The notes under the pieces: model-generated | Seen by the model: the letters and a program-made list of their open reading frames with translations, nothing else | What the model was told of the DNA's origin: nothing | Database searches by the model: none | Shown here: positions 1-10,190 of the stretch, in pieces | How the letters are laid out: each line of letters begins with the position of its first letter | Numbering within the stretch: the first letter of the stretch is position 1 | Assembly (NCBI GenBank): GCA_043228905.1 | Contig: JBHGNT010000014.1 | Span: forward strand, 2,728,001-2,792,000 | From: Azolla caroliniana | Lineage: Eukaryota > Plantae > Polypodiophyta | Direction: 5' to 3' | Length of the DNA: 64,000 bases | Translations under genes and position numbers: made by a program

Positions 1-2525
1 ATTGCTATGTTGTCGAACACCCTCAAGTGTCTCAGATTTGGCTTGCACCCTCAACTGTCCCAGATGTCGCGACACTTTGCCTCCAGCTACGGATGTCCGA
101 TTTTAAAGATAGATAGTTGTTCTAACGGCTTCGACCCAATAAAACTTTGGCATGCTCTTCTCTTCCAACATCGCCCTGACCACTTCATCGATCGTCCGGT
201 TCTTCCACTCGGCTATGTTGTTCTGCTCCGACGTATATATGTAGGAGAATTCGCGTCGAATTCCCTCCTTCTACAAATAGCTTGAGAACTGGTCGGAAAA
301 GTATTGTTTTACATCATTGATCCTGAGGCATTTGATCTTTCGGCTAGTCTCCCTTTCGGCAAGGCTCTTCACCTTTAGGAAATAGGAGAATACTTCGCTT
401 TTCTTCTTGATCAGACATGCCCAGTTATGTTGAGTGTAGTCATCGATGAAGATTACAAAGTAACAGCTCCCACTGATGCTCACCTTCTACGACAACCCCC
501 ACACATTCGAATGTATTAAATCGAACTTGTTACGGCTCTGATTACACTCATTGGGGAATGGAAGTCGGTGTTGCTTCTCGAGTTGACAAGTTTCACAGAC
601 TTGGCCCTTTCGGCCACTAAATTTCAGTAAGCCAAAAACGATGTTCTTCGTCTGCATTTCTTGAAGCAGCGGGAAGTTGACGTGGCCGATCTGCTTGTGC
701 CATAGGTTGATATCCAATTTGACCTTTTGCCCTTTAGTGAACATATCAGGGCCGACATCATTATTCTCGAGGATAAACATCATCCCATCTCGGCGCCCTT
801 GCGCAAAAATTCAGCCTTGAACCTCCTCAATGAAGAATCTAAGATGAGTGAACTAAACATGCATTCCTTGATCGACAATCTGGCCGGCCGACACCAGGTC
901 CTTGGTGATCGTCAGGACATGCAAGATGTTCCTCATTATTCATCTATGGCTGACATGGCTCAAAGGGACGTCTCTGATGTGTTCGATGGGATGAGAGGTG
1001 TCGTCACTAGTTTCGACGACCATCGGTTGTTTCGACTTCTCTAGATAGTAGAAACATTCTTCATGTTCATCATTTGATTGGAAGCACCGGAATCCACATA
1101 CCACACCTCATTTGGTTTCGAGTTGCTTGCCACCATTGAATTGGCCTTGTGCTTCATCATGAAGGTAGAACTCGTTTCGGCTCGCCCTGAGCCTTCGGCG
1201 TAGTGCGATCTCTACCGCCTTTCTCCCTCGGCACAGCTCGATTCGGCCCTGTCCGAATCCGATTTCTTTTTCCAACACTCGCTCTCCTTGTGGCCCTTTC
1301 GGTCGCAATATCAACAGTCAGTGGCTTTTCCTTGTCGGCTTCCAGCACCACCTTGACTCCCCCTACTCGTGGAGGGTCCACTATTGTAGGCATTTCTATT
1401 ATGCCTCTGATTCTACTCTTGTCAATCACCTCCATTGTGTGCCGATCCACCTCCATGTATGGCATCTTGTTGTCAATGTGCATGCTTGTTGATGCATCCA
1501 TGTGGTTCTCCTCTACCAGGAGCATCGATTGTAAGTCGAAAAATGATCGAGGCTTCTCTCATGTTGATTGTCGTCCGAATGGGCTCGTATTTCTAAGCTA
1601 GACCACCAAGACAGATTTGTACCATCTCATTTTTGTCTACCAGAACGTTGATGGATCCTAGTGAGTCATTGATCTATTCGATCTTGGTGGTGTAGTCAGT
1701 GACCGACATACCTCCATGTGAGACATTGTTGAGCCCTTGGCGAAGCTGCAACTTCCGGACTGTGATGCTAGCGGCGAAGACCTTCTTCAGGTTCCCCCAA
1801 GCATCCTTCAACGACTTTGCATCCTTAATGTAGTTGAGCATCTAGTAGTGGACACAATATGCCAAGCACTACAAGACATAGCTTGTTGCCTGCTCCTAGG
1901 CCGAGAAATCTTTGTTAGTCGGCTTTGGAGCTACTTTGTTTGCACCTTCAATATAACTCCAGTATTTGTGGCCGAGCAGATACTAGTGCATCTTGTACTC
2001 CCAAGATGCGTAGTTGTACTTGTCAAGCTTTTCAATTGGTAAGGAACTCCCCATGGCTCTATCCATGTTCATATCCTTCACTTGTTTGAAAGACGAAAGC
2101 TTGTCTTGACTCTATGTCTTGTTCGCTTTGTTGGCTATAGAGGATCCTCAACCCTCGCGCTCTGATAACATGTAAAAGATTACGTGCAAAAACTTGTACA
2201 AACAGAAGACACAATTGGCTCGACCGAATACCATAAGACAGTTAGGAAAAAAACAGAGAGAGAGAGAAGTTGTTGTATGCTCTACCACCAAGACAACTTC
2301 TATTACAAAAAACAACACACAGTACATACAAATGTGTTCACAAAGCACTTTTTATACAAGCCTTTTACATAGGCCAACTCAAGTATTGACAAGTACTTGA
2401 ATGCTCAAAACTAAGAATCTAACACTGACTCCCAAAAATATTCCTATTACTGAAATAAGAATATCTGCCCTAACAGCCTACCGGCTCCCCGCCAATCCGG
2501 CCCATGTTGAGCTTGTCTCTCGACA
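1..2525 (-). mobile_element. Degenerate Ty1/copia LTR retrotransposon, 5' half (LTR, PBS, gag, protease, GAG-pre-integrase, integrase); continues off the window start
   Basis: Minus-strand ORF fragments LWHKQIGHVNF...CETCQLEKQHRLPFP (GAG-pre-integrase) and YFVIFIDDYT...KIKCLR (integrase core). WYVDSGASN protease motif near 1075-1105. Frameshifts and stops. Same family as 50349-55797 and 59960-61385. Confidence 0.92.
2171..2525 (-). repeat. 5' LTR of the copia at 1-2525, with adjacent tRNA-iMet-type PBS (2159-2170)
   Basis: Bounded by TG...CA. Adjacent gctctgataaca is the reverse complement of TGTTATCAGAGC (1 mismatch to TGGTATCAGAGC). Both ends resemble the LTR at 50349-50690 (tgtaaaagattacgtg / tgtgaaatgttacgtg and gttgagcttgtctctcgaca / gttgagcttgtatctcaaca). 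Confidence 0.85.
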
Positions 2526-3322
2526 TCTGGATTTGTTTTCACTTTTGTTGGTGGTGCCATTACATTGAGAACCAAGAAACAAGTTACTCTGGCATTATCT
2601 TTCAACAAAGTAGAATATATTGTGGCTACTTTGGTGGCTAAGGAGGGCCTTTGGTTACAATCTATTTTTTCAAAACTCGACATCATCCACATTGCCAAGT
2701 TTCGACTTTGGTGTGATAACCAATCATGCATCAAGATCATAAGGAATCCAAAATTCACTTATCAAAATAAGCATGTCCGAGCTCAGTATCATTTCTTGTG
2801 TGAATTATTTGAAGATGGTGCCTTGCAAATTAGTTATACTCCCACTCTTACATTGTGGGCTGATTTTTTGACCAAGCATGTCCTTTATCTCAAACATTGG
2901 TGATGTTGTCAAAACATTGGCCGCAAACGTGGTGCTGGTGTTAAGGGGGGCAACAATTAGAAGATATAATTAACTGCTTAGCTAGCAATGAGCAACTACT
3001 TAGTTAGTTGCCAAATATATAACCCCACACCACAAGTTATTATTATAAACTGTTTCATGTTAGTTGTAATTCAAAAAAGCCTACGTAATATTTACCTCCA
3101 CTTCCTCTACTATACATATAAAGACGAAGCTGGGGAACCTGAATGGGGAAGATCTGCTCTACGCATCCTTGCATCAGTTAGCTCTCATTATTAAGTTTTA
3201 GTAGTTGTACTACCAAATTGCTAGATCTAATATATCAAGTTCATTGTTGTTATTCCGTATTGTTCGTGCGCTCCTACATGCTACTAATACCTTGTACCTT
3301 GTGTCATAATCATTACAACTTA
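2526..3322 (+). mobile_element. Older copia remnant (RNase H end, PPT, probable 3' LTR), interrupted by the minus-strand copia
   Basis: SGFVFTFVGGAITLRTKKQVTLALS..EYIVA...LWCDNQSCI...KHVRAQYHFLCE...ADFLTK is copia RNase H. A purine tract (aagggggg) follows near 2943. The LTR end is approximate. Confidence 0.75.
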
Positions 3323-3331
3323 CAAGAGAGA

Positions 3332-3540
3332 GGGTTAACGTTTTAGGGTTCATACAGAGCCCAACATATGGTGGAGTTAATTGTTTAGGGTTCATACAAA
3401 GCCCAATATATGGCGGGGTTAATTTTTTAGGGTTCATACAGAGGCCAACATATGTATGGCTAGGTTAATTTTTTAGGGTTCGTATAGAGGCCAACATATG
3501 GCCGGGTTAATTTTTTAGGGTTCATACAGAGGCTAATATA
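3332..3540 (+). repeat. Tandem array of 5 x ~42-bp units, each containing TTTAGGGTT
   Basis: Unit approximately GGGTTAATTTTTTAGGGTTCATACAGAGGCCAACATATGGC. The TTTAGGGTTC cores lie near 3342, 3384, 3426, 3473 and 3515. Confidence 0.9.
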
Positions 3541-3739
3541 TGTACATATATGTATACAGTATATGGGCGGGTTCTTCTCTTCTCTTCTCTTTTCTCTTTT
3601 TCTCTTTTTCTCTTCTCTTCTGAATGTGAACGATATTTTTATATATGAACGAGAAAAGAAAGAAAGAAGAAGAAGAAAAGGCGCGCCTCCTCCTCCCCCA
3701 ATTGAGAAAAAGCTTCTTCCGCCATAGCCACATTTGACC

Positions 3740-3845
3740 TGTCTCTGTTCTCTGATCTCTGTCTCTGATCTCTGTTCTCTGTTCTCTGATCTCTGTCTGT
3801 GTTCTCTGATCTCTGATCTCTGATCTCTGATCTCTGCCTCTGATC
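3740..3845 (+). repeat. CTCTGAT/CTCTGTT heptamer array
   Basis: ctctgatctctgatctctgatctctgatctctg and variants are directly visible. Confidence 0.9.
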
Positions 3846-3957
3846 CTGCCCCGCCCAACCCCGCCATCGCTGACCAAATCCTTCTGCATGACAGACAACC
3901 CCCTCACCCTTCCATACACATGATTTCCCCCCTGCTCCTTCTTTCTCCACCATCGCC

Positions 3958-6333
3958 ATGGCCTTCTCTAATCTCTTCCCTCCCCTCTCCGACCACCTCC
4001 ATAGCCACAACTCCTCACTCCGCCCTTCCACCGCTGCTTCTGCCGCCTTGAAGAAGCGCTACGGTGCAGGTAATGGGAGCATAGGTATGGTGGCCCACCT
4101 TTCTCTGCTTCTCCGTGTGTCTGCAGGATTCTTTCGATTGATCACCCCCCTAAACCTCAATGCTGCAGGAAAGGGAAGGCGGAAATTGCTCGGTGTGGTC
4201 ATGGAGGAGGAGCCCGTGAGCGATGCTATGGTGAGACCTGTGATGAATGGAAAGGACGGTGCAGGCAAAGAGAATGCAGGAGCCATGGAAACCTCGAAGA
4301 GGAGGAGGAAGAAGAATGGAGAGAAGATGGATACAGCATCCTTGATCCTGCATCGGCCTGTTACTACTCAGTCTTCTCTGATTCTTCCTCTGCTTACTGC
4401 AGAACCCCATCTTGATCAGCCCTTCCTGCAGATCAGGAGAGTGTTAGAGAGCAAACCAGTGAATGCTACCGCGGTGAATCAAGCAGCCATGGCGGAAAGC
4501 TTCGGCGGCCTGCATCAGATTAAACCCAGTCCCACGAAGACAGAAGAAGAAGAAGACGAGTTGAGGGCTCATATTCATCAGATGAAGCCGAGCAGGAAGA
4601 AGAATGGCTATGGCAATGGTACAGATCCAAGGTTGAGTAATGATAACAGTGAACAGGCTATGTCAAGCTCCATCTGCAATCCGATCGATCTCGGCCTTAC
4701 TGCACTAGATCATGGAGCCTTGCGTTTGCGACAGAGATCATCATCAGGAACGCCTGCAGTCGACCACGATATCCATGGTAATTATGCAGAGAATCAGAGA
4801 CGGAAATCGACCTCTGTACCCGGCATCCATGGCCATGTAGCAGGAAGTATGAATAGGCGACCATGGTGGAGCTTCACCACCATCTCTGATGTCCGACCTC
4901 GGGCCACCATAGCCGAGCGCGTGATGCCGCAAACAGAAGGGATGTCTCAGACAGGGCCTGGCATCGCCATGCCGTTCAAGAAGAAGAATCAGTCGGAAGC
5001 TAACTGTGCAGGAGAAGGTGTTGAAGAAGACAGAGGGATCTCACAGAGATCTGCACCAGCAATGGCGAAGAAGGAGAAGAAGATTGAGTTCTCAGATCAT
5101 GAAGAAGGTGAAGAACAAGAACAAGGACAGGCATCGTGCGTGCAGACACAGATCTGTTCGAATAGGATCGTCGCCATAGCCAGTAGTGATACTGAGAAGG
5201 AGATGAAGCCGAACAGGAAGAAGCTGATCTGCGTCGATGATCTGCGTCCCATCTCGGATCAGCCATGGCGGCTCAGTCCCCTCAGATCCAAACCTTCGCC
5301 TATGTTTCCATTGAACCATCCTGTCGGCAAAAAACCTTCTCTTTCTTCTTCTTCTTCTTCTTCTCCTCCTCCTTCTGCTGCTGCTGCTGCTGCTGCTTCA
5401 ATATCTGGTTATGGCGGTGGCTATGGAATCACAGGAAGCAGTGTTAAGGCGAGCTTCTCTGTGCAACACAGACTGTCTCCTTTCAAGAGCTTCCAGCTTC
5501 AGCCATTAAAGCTCGGCGACTGCCATCCCTGTGAACGGAGATTAATTCCTTCCGCGACCATCAGACCATACGTCTCCCCCTCCAAGACCACTCCTCTGCA
5601 GCCTGTGAACGCCATAACCACATTGAAGCTAGAAGAAGAAGAAGGTTCTCTGTCATCTGACTACATGGCGGGCATAGCCAAGCTCCACAGTGAATATAAC
5701 AAGAAACTCTGCAGATCCAAGAGATCGGAGTATATTAACCCTAATTCCTCTTCCTCTTCCAGACATTGCGTGCAGAAGCAACCACCATCGCTGTCACTTG
5801 CCCAGAATCTATCACCATTCTCATCGCATGTGCAGAATCGATCATCATCACCATTATCTCTACCATCTTCAGCTCTGCGTCGTGTCGCCAGATCAGACAC
5901 AGTAGTACTGGAACCTCCTCCTGTGTGGAAGCTCCCATCGCCTCCACCATCGATGATTCCTAGCCTTCCCACTAGAAATAATTACAAGAAGAAGAGTGCA
6001 AGCTCCATTGATTCTTCAGTCCGCAGTTACAGTACTCACTCTACCTTTGGCGAAAATAATGTTGCGATTAAGCTCCCCAACAGGTCATCCTCTGTAGCTA
6101 AATCTAGTCTGGGTTTCGATCAGAGCAGTATTGGACGGCCTAACAGTATCAATGATCTGATGGCCAAGAAGAAGGAGAAGGAGGCTATGAGGAAGAAGCT
6201 TGACAAGGTGAAGCAGAAGGAGGAGATGAACTGTGAGGCACTGATTGCAGGAGTGGATGGTGGTAGGAGAAGAAGAGGAAGAAGCTCCTCCATTGTTTCC
6301 ATGAGGCCGCCATCGCTGATGGATTATATTTAG
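3958..6333 (+). CDS. Hypothetical intronless Ser/Pro/Lys/Glu-rich protein (791 aa), no recognisable domain
   Basis: A 2.4-kb stop-free ORF in a window where TE ORFs are all fragmented. Start context is gccATGG, and the upstream region is pyrimidine-rich like a 5' UTR. Basic NLS-like patches (KRRRKK, GRRRRGR). The true start and a possible short 5' intron (acceptor ...tgtctgcag near 4126) are uncertain. Confidence 0.55.
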   Translation: MAFSNLFPPLSDHLHSHNSSLRPSTAASAALKKRYGAGNGSIGMVAHLSLLLRVSAGFFRLITPLNLNAAGKGRRKLLGVVMEEEPVSDAMVRPVMNGKDGAGKENAGAMETSKRRRKKNGEKMDTASLILHRPVTTQSSLILPLLTAEPHLDQPFLQIRRVLESKPVNATAVNQAAMAESFGGLHQIKPSPTKTEEEEDELRAHIHQMKPSRKKNGYGNGTDPRLSNDNSEQAMSSSICNPIDLGLTALDHGALRLRQRSSSGTPAVDHDIHGNYAENQRRKSTSVPGIHGHVAGSMNRRPWWSFTTISDVRPRATIAERVMPQTEGMSQTGPGIAMPFKKKNQSEANCAGEGVEEDRGISQRSAPAMAKKEKKIEFSDHEEGEEQEQGQASCVQTQICSNRIVAIASSDTEKEMKPNRKKLICVDDLRPISDQPWRLSPLRSKPSPMFPLNHPVGKKPSLSSSSSSSPPPSAAAAAAASISGYGGGYGITGSSVKASFSVQHRLSPFKSFQLQPLKLGDCHPCERRLIPSATIRPYVSPSKTTPLQPVNAITTLKLEEEEGSLSSDYMAGIAKLHSEYNKKLCRSKRSEYINPNSSSSSRHCVQKQPPSLSLAQNLSPFSSHVQNRSSSPLSLPSSALRRVARSDTVVLEPPPVWKLPSPPPSMIPSLPTRNNYKKKSASSIDSSVRSYSTHSTFGENNVAIKLPNRSSSVAKSSLGFDQSSIGRPNSINDLMAKKKEKEAMRKKLDKVKQKEEMNCEALIAGVDGGRRRRGRSSSIVSMRPPSLMDYI

Positions 6334-6399
6334 CAGAGATTTTTCCATATCCTTCTGTCATCATCATCAACACAAACATATATGTCATTTATATATCAT

Positions 6400-6592
6400 C
6401 GATCTCAATCAATCAATCAGAGATCAAGCAATCAAAGATCGATCAATCAGAGATTTATCAATCAGAGATCAAGCCATCAGAGATCAATCAATCAGAGATA
6501 ACGCAATCAAAGATCAATCAATCAGAGATCAATCAATCAGAGATCAATCAATCAGAGATCAAGCAATCAAAGATCAATCAATCAGAGATCAA
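6400..6592 (+). repeat. ATCAATCAGAGATCA-type tandem array (reverse complement contains CTCTGAT)
   Basis: Repeated atcaatcaatcagagatc and agatcaagcaatcaaagatc units of ~15 bp just downstream of the ORF stop. Confidence 0.9.
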
Positions 6593-7097
6593 ACCCGGAA
6601 CCTGCAAGCAGATGGCGAAGAAGATCAAGGCCAAGGTGAAGATGGAGGTGATGATGAAGACGAAGCAGAGGTTCTTTTTTTCCCCCATGTCTGACAGTCA
6701 ATCATCAACTACGACAACAGCACGCATAAAATGTAATCAGCTCCGAATCATAGAATCATAGATCAAACCAAAAAGCTGCCAAGAAGATGGAGAATGGAGG
6801 GAGGATGATGGTGAAAATGCATATGCATATGCATATGCAGGATGGATATGGCGATGGCAATGGCGATCTCTCTCTCTCTCACTGCACGGATAGACATTTG
6901 GATTTTGGGTTGTATGAGAAGAATCAAAGAAGAAGAGGAAGTTAGAGCAACAAAAACAGTGAAATCAGAGAGAGAGTGAATTTCATTTGGAAATATGATG
7001 AATTTGGAGTGTTTTTAATGAATGGAATTTGAGAGGGAACCCAACCAGAACCTTAAAATGAGAAGAAATGAAGAAGAAAAGCGATTGATTCTTGATA

Positions 7098-7142
7098 TAT
7101 ATATATATAAATACACTGTTATACATATATGATTATATCGTT

Positions 7143-7173
<31 letters not shown>

Positions 7174-7188
7174 ATGTATGTATGTATG
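7098..7188. repeat. (TA)n, (TG)n and (TATG)n microsatellites
   Basis: Directly visible. Confidence 0.85.
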
Positions 7189-7243
7189 AGGGATCTCTCT
7201 CATTCATACATATAAACTTGTCAAAGGGCAGGAGTAGGGTCAA

Positions 7244-7273
7244 GGTTTAGGGTTTTTTTAGGGTTTAGGGTTT
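7244..7273 (+). repeat. Short plant-telomere-type (TTTAGGG) cluster / telo-boxes
   Basis: ggtttagggtttttttagggtttagggttt; reads AAACCCTA (telo-box) on the minus strand. Confidence 0.8.
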
Positions 7274-9058
7274 AATGGAGCCCTGCGGATAGCATGACGG
7301 GAGGATCGATTTGACTCTCCATCAATCCATAGCATGAACGCGTGCCTTGCCCCCAAGGGGTGGGGTGTCAAAATGTGCTTCGTGGCCGTTCCAAAGAATT
7401 AAACGCAATGTGCATCGTGGGCATTCGGAAGAATTTAAAGAAGACATCATGAGGACCATTCGGGGTTTTGTATTTTGGCCGGATCCTAGGCAGGTTCTGT
7501 GCGAAGTTGTTCAAACATAACATATTTACTGTGTCCGCAGCTCATTCTTGCTCGAAATTTATCACCTTTGTGCGTGTGCTTGTGTTTGTAGATTGTGTGA
7601 GTAAAGCATGACATATAGTGGAGACTAATTTGGTCACCAACCTGATGACTATGACCCGTGAACTCAGGTGAGATACTCTTGAGATTCATGTCGGTACAGG
7701 GGGGATTGGCCAAATGCCATCGCAAGTTGGTTTTGTGATCAAGGGAAGGTATATCCCCTTCAGTTGACTCATTGCTAAATGACAATAGGATGGGATTCGA
7801 ATAATCCTAGCCAAGATTAAGGACTTCTTATTGCATCGAAAGTAGTGGATACTTGAATAACACGTTGGGTAAGCCTCACTCTCTTCTTAAATAGTAAACA
7901 TTGATAGTCCACGTCTCCTTTGTCTCTTCATGGGATATTTTTCGTAGCATACTTTTTGTGTCGACGTTTTTCTTCACTACACATTCTCCTTGTTTTTTCA
8001 TTTGGGAATCTTCTTCCCTTGGAAGGGTTGATTTACACATAAAGAGCTTTGTAGTGCTAGAAGGCACAAAACGTTGGCAACAATCTATTAGCCTTTTTTC
8101 AACGTTCTTGGCTTTCTATCTATATGCTATTATTGAGCAAAATGAGCCATCCGAGCCCTAGTAGTGTTTGTGGGGGCAAATAAACCCCAATATGACGTAA
8201 AATCTTCCATCCATTGCTTAAACCCACCGAAGAGTTGCTTTTTATGCAACTAGTATGCAAACTAAACCTCGAAGATTTGTAGTTGTTCCACGAGACGAGG
8301 ATTGTTGTGAATGATGTCTTTCAGAAATGGAGGTACTTTACATCATGGAAGACAAGTTTGAGCGCTTTGAATATAGTGACGCCATTATGTTTTGTTTCCT
8401 TTTAAACATTGTTTTTATGTGTACCTTTTATGTAACTTCTTTCTCACGTCTCTTGAGATTGCTTGCATATGTCAATTTTCTCCTTAGGCACTCTATGTAT
8501 TAGATGTTGAAGTCCTGCTACATCCACTTTGAAATATAGTCAAATCCAAAATGTGATCATCCAACTTTTGAAGAATTAGTTTGGATAACGGGATTTGTTA
8601 TGCTTGGGACAGATATTTAGGATCAAGCTTCGAACACTATATCACACATGTTTCACCAAATTAAATCGTTACCATCTTTGACCGTCTAAACATTACTTAG
8701 CCATACATATTATAGTCCATTCCTTGTATGTACTCTTCCGTACCATTAAGCTCATATTTTGTCTTGTGTGAGACAAGACATTGGAGCACTGACAAGCAAA
8801 CTCACATATTGCATGTTTACCTTCCCCAAATCTAGAAGTTTATGGGTATCTACTACCTTCAATCACATCCAAGCTCACTCCCTTGCCCCACATTTTCAAC
8901 CTTCACCTATCCATGTGCACTTTCCTCTCTTATCCAAAATGTGTGCTTCCAATTGCAACTCTCATTCGTAAAATTTCTTGATCATCGAGACTTGCTTGTC
9001 AACTCCACATAATTATGTGAATGTGTTTCATTAATTAAACCTCTCTCTCTCTCTCTCT

Positions 9059-9450
9059 AACCTAACTACAAAACCATATTCTTTGTGGAACATGGAAATC
9101 GTATACATCGATACATGTTAGAGCCCATCCCATTTTCTGTCGTTCAAACCATTGCTTCCATGCAACTTAGTTCACATGCATTGCGATGTGAGACGGGGCG
9201 TTGCGGCACAAGTGATGAGATTGGTCGATTATGAACACTTTACCCTAAACAAGTTTGAGATACAAGAGAAAAACAAATTTTGAGATGGACACTTTGCCCT
9301 AAACACTTTTTAATGCTTCTTGTTTCATTTTTCTCTTGCATCAATCAAAGTTGGAAACTTGCTTATTTACAATCGTTCATGTACATAACTATCTTTTTTC
9401 TTAAGCATCATTAAGATGTGGGTTGTTGCAAACGGGTACTATCTTCAATA
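9059..9450 (+). mobile_element. 5'-truncated 3' fragment of a non-L1 LINE (same family as 19600-22280), preceded by (CT)n
   Basis: aaaaccatattc...catggaa...atgttagagcccatc...acttagttcaca...acaagtgatgag aligns with 21830-21995 and encodes an LSSHALRCETGR-like C-terminal motif. Confidence 0.6.
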
Positions 9451-9734
9451 CGATTATATACGGGCTTTCACATCTAAAATCTAGTCTTTATGTCTCTAGT
9501 CTTTCTTTAGCAAAAATGCATAAAATATCATCTATGTTGATGGTTCTGGTTGAAAAAGCATATCACTTCCTTATTATTCCATGCCTTTCCTTTATGTATT
9601 GAAGAGGCAAAACTTTCATTTATTTGGTATCAAGATCTAAAGCTTGACTTTTAGCTAGCAAGTTATTAGATGATTGGTGATCACAAGTATAGTATCCTGT
9701 TAACTATCCATGATAGATATTATATGAGCAAAAA

Positions 9735-10190
9735 GGGCGAAAGTTTGAAAGAGGTGGGATCCACAATTTATTTGATAAAAAAGAGCTAAAGTTGAAAGAG
9801 GCAAGGTCCCAACTTATTTGATAAATGTTATAAAGTGAAACACATGAAAAAACTTGATTTGTAAAATATATAATGCCGGAATTCTCTAGTTTGATTAAAA
9901 ATGAGTCTCTTTTCTTTTACTTTTTGCAATTCTCTAGTTTGATTAAATGAGTCTCTTTTCTTCTATTTTTCACAATTCCAATTTGATTAAATGAGGATTT
10001 TTTCCTCTTGTTTTTTGGATCAAATATAATCTATATGTTAAACATGATAAGACAAAAAGAACTTGGTGTCCCTACCCCAAATGAGGATCTTTTTCTTCTA
10101 TTTTTTGCATCAAATGTAATATATATGTTGAACAACATGATAACATAGAAAAACTTGTTGTCCCTAGCCCATCGTGAGGATCTTATGGTG
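9735..10190. repeat. Degenerate local tandem duplications (~48 bp and ~90 bp units)
   Basis: gaaagagg...tatttgataaa x2; attctctagtttgattaaa..tgagtctcttttctt x2-3; atgaggat...atcaaat.taat.tatatgtt..acatgataa...aacttg.tgtccct x2. Confidence 0.7.

Noticed and set aside
3332-3540. CRISPR-like regular repeats
   Set aside because: The units are contiguous with no unique spacers, the context is eukaryotic, and there are no cas genes.
3460-4031. Minus-strand ORFs rich in R/D/Q/S/E
   Set aside because: They are translations of the CTCTGAT heptamer array and CT-rich tracts, open in all three frames.
7244-7273. True telomere or chromosome-fusion scar
   Set aside because: Only about three imperfect units, which fits telo-boxes better.
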